Assembly (NCBI GenBank): GCA_964016885.1
Contig: OZ024760.1
Location: forward strand, 33,790,001 to 33,854,000
Origin: Eledone cirrhosa
Lineage: Eukaryota
Length of the DNA: 64,000 nt
Reading direction: 5' to 3'
Made by a program: the position numbers and the translations under genes. This document shows positions 40,662 to 54,517 of this stretch, one piece after another (position 1 is the stretch's first letter; every line of letters starts with the position of its first letter). Below the pieces are notes generated by a model. That model searched no databases and was not told where the DNA came from. It saw only the letters and a list, made by a program, of their open reading frames with translations.

Positions 40662-40927
40662 GGAGGGGGGAACTCGTTGAATTGGACCAAGAAAACAATG
40701 GTCCCATTGGTCTTTCCATTGCTGATTCTATCTACTGGCCACAACTCCTGGCAGAAGAGATATAGAGGTAATTTTTAATCGAACCCATTCCCGCCATGGC
40801 AGTTTACCTAAGAGTACAGTTCTAAAACAGTAGGGTGGGATTTGACGGACATTTGGCTGCTAGTTTCAGCAATTCACTACATCAATTCCTTTAATTCCTA
40901 TACATACCAACACACATACCCCCCCCC

Positions 40928-40995
<68 letters not shown>

Positions 40996-41350
40996 ACCGA
41001 CAAAGACATATATACACATTTCGCTCACTCACACATACATAGACGCCCTAACAGCAATCATATATATATATACACAATTCGCTCACACATACATACAAAC
41101 ACACTTTAACAGCAACCACATATATATATACACTTCGCTCACATAACTGTGTACTAAAACACACACAAACAAGCACACACACATACACCATCCTTGCACA
41201 CACTAACACAGTTTACGCACGTACACGCATACACCATAGTTATTCGCTTACACCAAATAAAACAGACACACATGTTCACCCAAAAACAATGCACGATCTA
41301 AGCCAACAAACATGCACACACACACGAACATACATACATACATACATACA

Positions 41351-41738
41351 TTGATTATTGGGGCACTGGGGTATGTTAGTAACTGCCTCAATACAAATCT
41401 TGAGAAGCTGGGATTCACAGGAACAGAAAGAACACAACTAGTTAAGAAATTACAAGTACAATCAATTAATGGAACAGTAAAAATATGTAAAATATTCCAA
41501 ACATTTTACATCTAATAACTGCATATACACATGTACAGATACAAAGCATATACACATGCACACATACAACTCAAAACATACACATCCACACATACAATAA
41601 CATCCATATCTACACATGCATGCATACATATCTACCTAGTTGATGTGTAAATTCCAATGAGAGAGTCTTGTGTCTATGTTAGAAACCAACTCTCTCTCTA
41701 TTGGGAAAACTTTGTGAAATTATAAAACCAGAAGAACA
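41351..41738 (+). mobile_element. R4-like RLE retrotransposon 3' fragment (second subfamily)
   Basis: IIGALGYVSNCL...LGF...QSINGTVKICKIF; flanked by (ATAC)n. Confidence 0.6.
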
Positions 41739-41809
41739 TACATACATACATACATACATACATACATACATACATACATACATACATACATACACACATA
41801 TATACATAC

Positions 41810-42267
41810 ATCGTGGCTGCCAACTCGTTTTCGAGTACGGCCACTACTTTATATCCATGTAGGAGAACCCCTACCGATGCGCTCAACGAGTGTGACTTTT
41901 TAGTCCAGCCAGTGACTTGAAAACTCTGGTACAAACACTACACTTGTGACAATTACTGACACATAGTGCTGGGCCCATGGTACCATGTGACGACAAGTGC
42001 AGAGAGATCTCCAGATATAAAGCAATGCCTGTGCCGTGAAGCTTTTATAGTGAACAAAGGCACTGCACAAAGCCAGTCCCACTCTCTTAACCAAGATGAT
42101 ATTTACCAAAAAGAAGAACAAGTCAACATCATTGGATACCATCAGGGTTGCAGGTGTTATATCAGAGTTTTCCTTCTCCTAGAATTCTGCCTTGACAAAG
42201 GCTAAGGGGTCATCTCTCCCGGTGATTTTGGATGGCCATTGACTCTTAAGAGCTCCTTTGCCCTTGA
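41810..42267 (-). mobile_element. Bipartite RTE-derived element, copy 4 (5'-truncated)
   Basis: Matches the 3' ~460 bp of copies 1-3. Confidence 0.85.
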
Positions 42268-42740
42268 CATAGACATAAATACACACACACACACATATAT
42301 ATACACACATATATACATACACACACATATATATACACACACATATATACCCACATATATATATACACACATATATATACACACACATATATATACACAC
42401 ACATATATATACACACATATATATACATACACATATATATACACACATAAATATACAAACATATATACACACATATATACACATATATATACACACATAT
42501 ATATATACACACATATATATATACACACATATATATATATACACACATATACATATATACATACACACATATATATATATACACACATATATATACACAC
42601 GTACATATGTATACATACACATATATATATACACACATATATATATACACATGTATATATACACATATATATATATACACATATATATATATATACACAT
42701 ATCTATACACATATATATATATACACATATATATATACAC

Positions 42741-42771
<31 letters not shown>

Positions 42772-42958
42772 TATATATATATATACACATATATATATAT
42801 ACACATATATATATTTACACACATATATATACACACATATATATACACACACATATATATACACACATATATATATATACACACACATATATATACACAC
42901 ACACATATATACACAGACACACATATATATACACACACACATATATACACATATATAT

Positions 42959-43011
<53 letters not shown>

Positions 43012-43265
43012 GACATATATATATATATATATACACACACATATATATATATACACACATATATATACACACATACACACATATATATACACATATACAC
43101 ACATATATATATATACACACATATACATATATATATACACACATATATATATATACACACATATATATATATATACACACACATATATATATACACATAT
43201 ATATACACACATATACACATATATATTATATATACACACACATATATATATATATATATATAGAC

Positions 43266-43296
<31 letters not shown>

Positions 43297-43311
43297 CACA
43301 TATATATATAT

Positions 43312-43394
<83 letters not shown>

Positions 43395-43554
43395 TACATA
43401 CATACATACACACATACATACATACATACATACATACATACATACATACATACATACATACATACATACATACATACATACATACATACATACATGATGG
43501 CTGCCCCTCGTTATCGAGTATGGCCATTGCACGAGAAAGAAAAAAAAAAGAAAA

Positions 43555-43617
<63 letters not shown>

Positions 43618-43854
43618 TTTTCTTTATTAACCACAAGGGTTCACATAAAGTAGACATTAAGGACAGTACAGGACAATACAGGACGGTACAAATGGGCATT
43701 TCTGCGTGTAAAAAAACAGAGGTTGAAATAACAAAGAAAAATTCCCCAATAGGGGGGAGACTTCCAAGGGACATTTGTGGAGAAAGCCCATTAAAAGACC
43801 ACAGTGGCCCTGACCACCAGGGTAAGTGCCCTCTCCCAGTTTTCCACCTTTAAT

Positions 43855-46800
43855 TTACAGACACATACTCAGAGAAGGCCCATTCATTCGGGCCATACTT
43901 GCTTCTCTCACCCATCTTTCAACAAAATGCTGGGAAGAGAGCACTTCCCTCTCTACCCTGATTTTCCTTTTCAAATGAAATTTGAAAAAGTTAATCAGGG
44001 CATCACCGAAGAGGTAAGTGCTCGTCTTCAGCCCTTTCAAACGTGTCCACCATACTATCTCTTTCGCCATGGCCACCAGACAGATAAAAACTGCCTGCCC
44101 TTCCAGGCTAAAGGAAGGGGGCGGGGCAATCCTCACGATGGACTCAGCTGATAGCTGGATCCGTCCTACACGTGACAGCAGGTGTTCGACATAGACCCAC
44201 AAGTCAGCAATGCTCGGACACTGGACGAGTGCGTGCAGGACGGTTTCGTCGCCCTGCGCACATCTCGGACATGCCCGGCTGACGGCACCTCCATGCTTGT
44301 AGAGTTTATCCCGAACTGGCAAAGCTCCTCGGTAGCACTGCCAGGCCAGGGATTTCTGGAAGTTGTCCATAGGCCCCGGCCCGAAAGTCCTTCCGAAGAG
44401 ATTGGCTAGTTGATTTTCGTCGACGCCTAGAGTTTCTCCAAGTACGTCGTCGCTCTTCCCCTCCACTAATCCCCTATAGAACGCCAAGGTGGAGTTTCCA
44501 CCGATCACATTGCTCGATTGGTCGAGGGCTGTGAGCGCCTGAAGACATTCCAGTCTCCAAGCGCTCCCTCTCGGTCTTCGCTTGACCCAGGACTGCAGCT
44601 CCGTCAAGGAGACGAGCTGGGGAAAAACGTGTCTTGCAAACGGCGACCACACCTGATCACCGTCGAGGAAGAGGTGGAGATGTCGTAGCCTGAGCGCGTG
44701 TCTGCGCATCATCAGCCACGGCATGCCCAGCCCTCCACGTAGCGGGTGTTGACAGCAGATGGACCGCCTGACCATCGGAGCGCGTCCCTTCCACAAGAAG
44801 CGAAAGAGCAAACGCTCCAGCGCAGTCAGGCGGGGCTTAGGACAAGGTACGACGGTCAGGCGGTAGTAGATGACGGATGCGATGTACGCATTCGCCACCT
44901 CCGCTCGACCTTTCAGGGATAGCTTCCTCTCGGCCCATTTCTGGGTGAGAGAAGCCACCCTGCTCGTCACCTCGTCCCAGTTTTTGTCCGTCAGGAGGTC
45001 TGGACCGAACCAGACCCCTAGCAATTTAACCGGTCCGTCCGTCCAGCGCCCGACGACGCTGTTGGACGGCATGGACCTGCCTCTCCAGGTGCCGAGCTGC
45101 AGGCCCACTGACTTTTCCTGGTTGATCATTGCTCCTGTCACCGCTTCGTATTCTCTTAGTGTAGTGCCGATCGCCTCGATGTGTTTGGCGTTCGACACCA
45201 CTACGGTGACATCGTCGGCATATGCTGACACGGATCTTCCGCATCCTAGTTCGCGCGGGATCCCCCTCAACGTCTCCAGTTTGTGCAGTAATGGCTCGAG
45301 AGTCAATACGTACAATAGGGACGAGAGGGGACATCCTTGGCGGACCGAGCGCATGATGTTGAACGGTTCCGAAAGGTGACCGTTCACTCTCACTACAGAG
45401 CAGATGTTGCTGTGCATGGCAGCGATCCAGCCTCTGAAGACGGGCCCAAAGCCAGCCGCCCTCAGGACTGCCTCTAGGTAACGATGGTCGACCCTATCGA
45501 AGGCTTTCGACTGATCTAAATTGATCAAAACCCACCCGTGCCAGGTTCCCTAGCTACCCTCTCTACGATGTATCGCATGAGGTGGAGGTTGTCGTGGATG
45601 GATCTGTCGGGAATGGCGCATGTCTGTGCCTCTCCCACCAGACCACCAACGACAAGCGCCAACCTCTTTGCTAGCACCTTGGCCAAAATCTTGAACTCTG
45701 TGTTTAGCAGAGTTATGGGCCTAAAATTATCTATGTTACCCCCCTTGTTCGGATCCTTTCTCAGCAGCGCCACCGCTCCTCGGCTCACAGAGGTGGGAAT
45801 TCTCCCGTTCTGTTGCCAGTTGCAGTAGACGTCCGCCAAGAGGCCTCCGAACAAGTTTGGCATTTGTACGTAAAGTTCATAGGGCAGACCATCCAAACCA
45901 GGCGATTTACCCCTTGTGCAACTAGTCATTGCATCCCGTACTTCAGCGGTTGTCATCGGCTTTTCGCAACACCCCGCCTCAGTGGCCGAAAGCCGCGGCA
46001 GTCCGTCGAGGTAGACACTAAAGTCCATCCCTCGATCCGGCCCGCCACTGCCCCCGAACAGTTGAGCGAAGTGTCGCTGAAAAGCTTCACACATTTGCCC
46101 GGGATCGAGTAGCATGCGCCCGTCGTGGTCCACCAAAGACCGGATTGTCGCTTTGTTGCCACGACGCGCCTCCGCCACTCGGGCCCATTGAACGGCTTTC
46201 GTCCCCTCGTGTCTGAGAGCACGCACCCTAGCTCTGACAACGCAGCCTTCGTACTTTGCATTGAAGAATTGGTCAAGGGCCAATTTCGCCGCAAGTACGT
46301 CGGTCGCGATGCCTTTGCTAAGCGCCTCATCTAATTTTCTAACTAGTTCTCCCTCTGCTCTATTTTTCTCTATTGCTAAAGTCTTACTAAACCTAATGGA
46401 CTCTATTCTAATTGCTCTTTTCAGAGCAAACCACCACTTGTTGACGATGGTCCCTGTCAACGCCCGCTTAACTAGTTCGCTAATCCGATCTCTGTAGGCC
46501 TTGCGCGCTGGTAAGGACGCGTTTAGCTTCCAGTAGCCGGGTCCTCGCCCATGAAGCCTATCTAAGTCAAGCACACAGATCACGAATTTGTGGTCCGTGT
46601 AGCTGACTATCTTGAATTGTGGACAGTCTATGCTAGACCTATCTATTTCCCTACAAAATACTCTATCTAGATATGATCTGGATGACCCTATGCGATTTGT
46701 CCAAGTCCACATTGGTACATTCGGGAAATCCATTCGGTACCTGTCAGACAGTTCAAAACGTCTGAGCAGGTTGGTGAGACTCTTGCACCCTCCTTCCCTA

Positions 46801-47270
46801 TCCACTAATCCCACACAATCCCAGCGTGCATCTAAGATCCCGTTCCAGTCGCCCACTAACACTAAAGAGCGGGACGTTCCAAGAAAGGTCTCCAGACGCC
46901 GGAAGAAATCAGGCCGCCCTGCTCCTGTCGGGGCATAGACGGCCACTAACCTGAAAGCTCGCCCGTCTCCGCTGGTCACGTCCAGCACCACCAACTTACC
47001 TTCTGGGTCCAGGAAGATGGCCCGTATGGCAAGATCCAAACCTCTCCGAAAAAGCACAGCAACTCCTCCCCCCGATCCCGGACGGCTGGGAGATGCGTAC
47101 ACATCGTAGCCGCCGAAGATCGGTGCGAAAGCCTGTGCTTCGGAGATTCTGGTCTCGCTGATGGCCACTACATCTATGTTTAGTGACCTGAGGTCGTTGA
47201 GCAGGTGGCCCTCCTTCCATGACGACCCCAAGCCACGCGCATTTATGCTGCCTATTCTGAGTGAGGTCAT
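43855..47270 (-). pseudogene. LINE ORF2 (APE endonuclease + reverse transcriptase + C-terminal Zn finger) with one frameshift at ~45528
   Basis: APE motifs INARGL, ISET, VYAP, GDWN, LDR, TDH; RT motifs SPGLDG, FRPITLLN, LDQSKAFDRV, QGCPLS, YADD; C-terminal CPRC..ETVLHALVQC. Confidence 0.92.
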
Positions 47271-47304
47271 GTTGAAAAGGAGTGGAAAAGATGGGAAAGA
47301 CCAC

Positions 47305-49120
47305 TTACCTTACTTCTCGTAGGGGAAGGACGGTTTTTCCATCCTTTTCACTGCTTGTGGCCTCCTCAGGAAGGATGTCCTTATAAATCCTCCTGGAGAG
47401 TGCTTGTCGGAAGTCTCTGATGTCTTTGGGGAATTTTTGTTTTAGTGTCATGTACGTTTTCTGTGTGATGCGAGTGATTTGTATGTGTGGAGGTGGTGTG
47501 AATTTTGGGGTTGTTGTGTAGTCTTTTTCTGTGATGCTGGTGTTGTGTTGGATGTAGTGTAATAATTGCTTGTTGTTCAAATTTAATGCTGTGTAGTGTG
47601 TATCGTTTTGGTTGTTTTGTTTTGTTTGCGTTTGTTGTGGGTTTGTTTCTGTTTCGCATTTTGGTGACTTTTGTGGTGTAGGTGATGGTGGTGTTGGGGT
47701 TAATGATGGTGATGGTGTTGGTGTTTGGGTTGATGGGGTTGGTGATGCTGGTGTGGATGGTGGTATATCTGTCCTAACTTTTTTGTTTCTTAATTTATTC
47801 TGTTTTTGGAGGGGGAAGGAAGAGAATTTTTTTCTTTTTTGGTTTCTTTTTTTTTTTCCGGATATCGTTTCCCACTCCTCGTCGTCACAATCTGTATCCA
47901 GTTGTGATAGGCCGGGGAGTGGAAAATCCTCCACAGGCGTTAGTTTTGGTTGTGGCGTGGTGGATGGTGTAGGCGCTGGTGCTAGTTCTGAAGCGTTGGG
48001 TGGTGGTGGTGTTGGTTTTGCTGGTGGGGGTGGTGGTGGTGTTAGTTTTGCTACTGTTGCTGGGGTTGTTGCTGTTATAGTTGCTTCTGTTGTTGCTGCT
48101 ACAGTTGTTGCTGCCATCTCTGCTACTGGTGGTGTTGATGGTTGTGTCACTGGGGTGGGTAGGAGAGGTGGCCTCAACCTTTTAGCCTGAGGGCAGAAAG
48201 CCCTTAGGTGGGTTCCTTCACCACAAACGACACACCTAGGTCTTCTGCCCTCGACAATTACTGTGAGGTGGCTGCCGTCAGTGAGGTCTATTACCTCTCG
48301 GATCTCCTCAATGCTTTTTTGGTCCGCTTGGATCAGGAGCTCCATCCCAGATCCGGACCAGTTCTCCTGCTTTTCTTTTGCTATTGCTATTATTTTTGTG
48401 TTGGCTTCGATGCCGGCGAGGACGGCCACAATAGCTTGGGACGAGTGTGAAGTCGTCACTTCTTAATGGGGCCATGGAGTGTTCTCTAGCCTCCTCTGGT
48501 GTTTCAAAGAACACGTCCACGGTTCCATACTTTTGCCCACGTCTGATGTGGGTTTTTCTTGCCCACACATGTCCCAAAGCTTTTTGGATTTGGGACTCGG
48601 ATGCTCGTTCCACTCGGCGCGATTTTACATTTATTGTTCTATACGACACGGTGCATAGGCGCCGATGCTCCATTTTATTAGGTGGGGGGTTGAGGCTGAC
48701 CCTGTACCCATCTTTCTTTACCATTTGTTTGGCATTTTCTAAATCCTCCTGAGTTACCGTAAATGCTTCGAACTGTTTTGCTACTCTGGCGAAACTGAGG
48801 GTCGGTTTTATAATGTCATTGTTGTTGTTTTTGCTATCGTTATTTGTGTTAATATTAATTTTAGTTTCAGTTGTGGTGGTGGTGACGTCAGTCGTCTTTG
48901 GTGGGGAAGAGTCCATTTTGCTTGATTTCATTTCGACATCACGAGTTAATTTATTTTTTTCTTCTTTTGTTTCTGTTGTCGCGGTGGTGGTGGGGGTGGT
49001 GGTGGTGGAGGCTTTAACACCTGCAGTCATTGGTAATGGCGGGAAATGAATGTCTGCCTGAGACAAATTTAAAATATTGCTACTGCTTATATTTTTTTGT
49101 GTTGGCAAATGTAGTAACAT
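47305..49120 (-). pseudogene. LINE ORF1 (RRM-like region, CX2CX4HX4C knuckle, Pro/Thr-rich), disrupted near 48420-48460
   Basis: Two overlapping ORFs, 48308-49120 and 47305-48459; CVVCGEGTHLRAFC knuckle; immediately upstream of ORF2. Confidence 0.75.
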
Positions 49121-49486
49121 TTACAATGGTGGTGTCGGTGTGAGGTGTTAATTTGTGAGGAAGGCTTTCAGCTGCTTGGTGCAGAGGTGAATTAGCCATT
49201 TTTCTTCAAAGAAATTTTTGATAATAATAAAAGTTTAAATTTTGGGCACAAGGCCCCAATCTTTTTGGGTGTCCTTTTCAGAAAACAATGTATGTGCGCT
49301 TATATATGGTTAACAATAAAAATTTTCCATGAATGGCAATTTTTAACAAACGGAAATAACAAACCTTTGCGGAGCTCACGATGATACGATTTACTACGTA
49401 GGTCGCCAATAATAATAATAATAATAATAAATAAATAGAAAGAAAAAAAAAAAAAAAAAAAGAAATATATATATATATATACATAT

Positions 49487-49562
<76 letters not shown>

Positions 49563-49704
49563 ACATATACACACATACATTAATAACAACAATAATAATA
49601 ATAATAATAATAATAACAACAATAATAATTTACATATACATATATATATACACACACACGCACACACATAAGCATATCTACACACACACACACACACACG
49701 ATAG

Positions 49705-50119
49705 CAACTAACAGCGCTGCAATCGAATGTGGCTTTTTAGCCCAGCCAATGATCTAAAATGTCTTGCACAGAGTCGGCAACCAAAACATTTACTGGGAAT
49801 AGCCGGCTGTGGTTGGAGTTCATGTACTGTTGCATGTCGCTTGAGCCCTCCTGCTGATTTACATTCTCTACCACATATTTGGAAAGCATGATGAGTAGCA
49901 TCTCCAACAGCAGCCTGGTAGTCAACCACTGGTCTTACTTTATGACTGCGAAGATGACTTTCGAGTCCAGCTTTGCTTAGGCAGAGTCTCGCACATACGC
50001 TGCATGTCAGCACCATAGGAGGACCCTCGCCGTCTGGAAGTGCAACAGCAATGCCCTTCCTCACATCCCGCTTTACTTTCTCGTATGCGATTCGAGATGC
50101 CGCAAAGGCAACTTTTTTT

Positions 50120-50122
<3 letters not shown>
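49705..50122 (-). mobile_element. RTE-clade LINE 3' fragment with C-terminal C2H2-like fingers
   Basis: CSVCARLCLSKAGLESHLRSH, CGRECKSAGGLKRH, CRLCARHFRSLAGLKSH. Confidence 0.7.
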
Positions 50123-50151
<29 letters not shown>

Positions 50152-50166
50152 CATACATACATACAT

Positions 50167-50909
50167 AGAGTTCCGACAAGTTTATGATATCCCACCTTGA
50201 AGGAGATCTTTATGCAATACAAGAACAAGAAATCCCTACCAAATATCTGCTGCACAAAAGAGAAGGGCCATCAGTTGACAATAAATGTATGCTTTGTAAA
50301 ACAAAGATAGAAGATGTTAGCCATATTGTTGCCAACTCTGAGAGAATGTCGTCTCGCTACTACCTCCCCATGAGACACGATGGGATAGCTAGGCCCATCT
50401 GGAGCAGAATAAGGAAAATAAAATTAAAAACAAATGAGGAGGAATATGTTGAGATACATGACACTAAGGAATACTGGTGGAACCTGAAAATAAAAACTGC
50501 CACTAAATTAAACGCACCTGGCCTGTTGTTTGGGACCACATTGAAAACGTGTTCTGTTGTAGAGATCAGCTGCCAACTTGATGTCAACGTTGTAAGAAAA
50601 ATACAAGAGAAGGAGAATATCTACAGACTATTGATGAGGAGTTTGCAGACCTAGTATTCAAGTTACACCTTCTGCTTCATACTACAGGTTATATACCAAC
50701 CCGCTTACCAAAGTATGACTTAACTTGGATTTGTGGACAAAGAGCACAGCTCCCTAATTCATAGACTACAAATGGCTCCGATAGCTGGCACCTTCAAAAT
50801 TTGCAAAACATTCTTGCGATTCAAGGGATGACAATTTCTTTTCTTTTCCAACCTTGCCACCAGGAAGGTGGCCGGTCAAAAATGCACTCGAAATTAAGAG
50901 AAGTAGAAA
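50167..50909 (+). mobile_element. R4-like RLE retrotransposon 3' fragment
   Basis: AIQEQEIPT, CMLCKTKIEDVSHIV (CCHC remnant), RHD motif, VEISCQLDVNV; flanked by (ATAC)n. Confidence 0.8.
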
Positions 50910-51036
50910 CATACATACATACATACACATACATACATAGATACATACATACATACATACATACATACATACATACATACATACATACATACATACATAC
51001 ATACATACATACATACATACATACATACATACATAC

Positions 51037-51283
51037 ATGGTGGCTGCCAACTGGTTTTCGAGTACGGCCACTACTTTATATCCATCTAGGAGAACCCTTT
51101 CCGATGCGCTGAACGAGTGTGACTTTTTAGTCCAGCCATCGACTTGAAAACTCTGGTACAAACACTACACTTGTGACAATTATTGACACATGGTGCTGGG
51201 CCCATGGTACCATGTGACGTCAAGTGCAGAGAGATCTCCAGATATAAAGCAATGCCTGTGCTGTGAAGCTTTTATAGTGAGCA
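51037..51283 (-). mobile_element. Bipartite RTE-derived element, copy 5 (heavily 5'-truncated)
   Basis: Matches the 3' ~250 bp of the other copies; embedded in (ATAC)n. Confidence 0.8.
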
Positions 51284-52689
51284 ATAACATACATACATAC
51301 ATACACACATACATATATATACACACGCATACATACATACATACATACAAACACACCCACTCACACATACATACATACATACATACAAACACACCCACTC
51401 ACACATACATACATACATACATACATGCATACATACATACATACTTACATACATACATAACATAACGGTTGCATCTCAGTTTCAAGAATTGCTCTCCCTT
51501 GCCTCTTTTTTCATACATGGGTGGCACAAACATGACTTTTTATCCTTCCATGGAATTAGATTCCTTTCTGCATATGCTGCAGTGAAAGAGAAGAGAAAAA
51601 GCACATGTTCACGCTACACACTTGAAAGTTGTTTAGGTTAAGTTATGTCTGTGTTTGAAGCTTTTTTTAAATAAAGAAAGGCTTTGCACTGGACCAACCC
51701 ACTCTGTGGACAGCAGTGACAGGTGTCCAGAAACAAGAAAAGATCAACATTATTGGTTGTCATCGAGTCACAGGTTTTACATAAAAGTTTTCCTTCTCCT
51801 AGAATGATGTCCTTAGAAGAAATAGGTGTGTGTGTGGGGGGGGGGGGGGGGTTCTATCATTCCCAGTGGGCTGACTGCGTGCTCGGGCACCGAACATACA
51901 TACATATATGATGGCTGCCCCCTCGTTATCGAGTAAGGCCATTGCACCATATACCATTATTAGTAATTATTAATTCGGTGGATTGGCAGTATCGGTAGTA
52001 ACTATGCTGGAAAGCATGGCGTCCGACCCTCTACCAATACTGCCAATTTAATGCTATCGTGCAATTCCTGTGCGTGAAGATTTTTTTAAGTGAGGAAAGA
52101 CTGTGCACTGAGCCAATCCCACTCTCTGAGCGACAGTAGCTATAACCCGAAAAGAAGAAAAGATCAACATCATCGGTAACTACTGAGCCGCAGGTTTTAT
52201 ATCGGAGTTATCCCAGTTTCCTGAGTTGCCTTCTCCTAGAAGAATGTCCTGATAAAGGCTAGGGGTCCTTCACTCCCAGTGGTTTAACCGCGCGATTGGG
52301 TATCCAGCCCGACTATTTCTATGTCCCCACGCATATACATACACGTATATATGTACATGTGTATATACATATTTATACATTTTTGGATGGCCGTTGACTC
52401 TTATGAGTTCTTCCGCCCTTTGTCATACATACATACATGATGGCTGCAACTCGACTGCGAGCAATGCCATCGCTTGACATTCAAGCATGAGCATCACAGA
52501 CGTGGCCCTTCAGTTCCGTTAGGAAGTTGCCCAAGGCCAGCAATACCATGCATCGCAAAAAATGTCACATATCAAGTGATACCTGTGCCTGAAACTTTTT
52601 TTAAGTGAGGAAAGGTCTAGCACGGAGCCAGTCCCACTCTCTGAACATCGAATGTATTTACCCCAAAAAGAAGAACTGTTCGAATTTAC

Positions 52690-53100
52690 TTAGGGAAGGG
52701 CGGCAGTCTGCTTCACACCAGATCCTGAGCACCTTAACCAGACATTCAGTCCAGTGATACAAATTGCTGCTGTGTGGCATGGACTTGCTACCTACTGCAA
52801 ATGTCGACCCTGTCGAAAACTTTGGAATGGTTTAGGCCAACCAGCGTTCCAGCGAAATCAGATTTATTCTCATGCTGTTCTATGATACATCGCTTTAGGT
52901 AGAAGAAGTCATGGATAGATTTTATAGCCCAATGGTTGGGGGTGGGCATTTTAGACATTTAACTGTCCCTCATGGCTTTTCAGGGGCCTTAGAAATGTTT
53001 GGTGGTGCCCATCTCCACTAAGTTTAGCCTGACACCTGAAGCAGTCATCAGTGTATGACAGGAAAAATATACCGGGACCAGAAGGGAGAGTCAGGTGGGA
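52690..53100 (-). mobile_element. Old L1/Tx1-like RT fragment
   Basis: Minus strand near 52800-52840 reads LNHSKVFDRVD (cf. LDQSKAFDRVD); otherwise decayed. Confidence 0.45.
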
Positions 53101-53529
53101 TCTAGTGTACCTTGTCCATCCCTAAATAAATGTGAGGGCATTGCTATAGCAATGCCCTTGTTTACAGGTCTGGTGAATCACAGGGTTTATATGAACATAA
53201 ACAATTTGTACATTCAAACTTACAAAGACAGAGTTTTTGAAGTGGGTAATACAAAACTGACGGCCATAATTAAAATGAAATAAACTTGTTATCACACACA
53301 GTTGGGAGGACGGTGAATTTGCAGAATCAGTAGATTGTCTGAAACCCTGCTTCACGGCATAGAGTTACGACCCTTTACATTCTGAGTTCAAATCCTGTCG
53401 AAGTTATCTTTGCCTTTCATTCTTACGGGGTAGATAAAATAAAGTACCAGTAATGCACTGGGATCGATTTTTACACCTGTATCAACGTTGGTTATGCAGA
53501 CATAAGATCAAAGACAATCACTTCGGATT

Positions 53530-53900
53530 AGGTTCGTATGTAAAACTACTACAGCCGTCACACCCAATCAAGTGTGACTTGGTAGTGTGTGCCATATATT
53601 CGCTAAGGGCTCAGGTGTCCGAGCAGTCACGAGCAGACACCCTCTCGACTCCTCTGTCATGTCCCGCCATCCTAATTTGGGATCTGATGTGAAGTGACTC
53701 GTTCTCCGCCTTCAATCTTCTCGCGTCGGTCACAAACCCGGGCCCCGCTGCCCGCAATGCAGGGGTCAAATACCGGCGCCCTGACCGAGAACTTCCACTT
53801 TTTACCGGTCTCCATCAACGGCTCTGGTTCCTTTGGTCCCTGTACGACTGAGTTCTTCCGTAAAGTCTCGGAAGGACGATGGCCCACTTAAGAAGGGAGT
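53530..53900 (+). mobile_element. Decayed CRE-like RLE retrotransposon C-terminal fragment
   Basis: RADTL...ILIWD and FHFLPVSINGSGSFGPCTTEFF resemble the RPDG..LVWD and F.P.AIET.G.WGP motifs. Confidence 0.5.
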
Positions 53901-54517
53901 TCCATTGAGTTGGGAGTGGGTGTTGTAGCGGGTGTTTCTGGCCATTCTCTGCTGTGCCACCCCTCAGACAAGGATGTAGTCCCCCCCCCCCCCCCCCTCC
54001 GTACAATTGTGTTATAATTTTTGAAGCAATATTTGTTTTGTTTTTGTTTTGTTTTAAATGTATCTTTGAAATTATTATCAAACATCAAATTATTTTCCCG
54101 CCGAACTCAACCAGAACAGTTTCCATTTTTTCTATGCCTTACAACTGTGTGTAATAAGAGTTTCTGATTTAGGCACAAGGGCAGCAAACGCCTACAACCT
54201 ATCCTACGTCAACAACGTCAACAACGCCACCAATGCAAGCAATATGAACAACATTAACAATACCAACAGCAGCAACAACCCCAACAACGCCTACAACACA
54301 CCCAACGTGGTATTAATAAGGAAATTTATCTGCTGTATTCATCAATACCAAATAATTAAAAACAAGATAGAAAACCGAAAGGAAGCCACAAACAATAACC
54401 AATGACACAGATATTAATTTAATAAAGTTTATTTCATTAAAAAAACAGCAACAAATTTTGTTTAATATTCATATTTAACTTCTACATTAGAGAGTTATTG
54501 TTGATTAAAAGTGATGT

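Larger units (their letters stand above)
43617..49407 (-). mobile_element. Near full-length (~5.8 kb) L1/Tx1-like non-LTR retrotransposon inside an (AAT)n tract
   Basis: ORF1 (CCHC knuckle) and ORF2 (APE-RT-Zn finger) in tandem; (AAT)n at 43558-43616 and 49408-49430. Confidence 0.9.
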
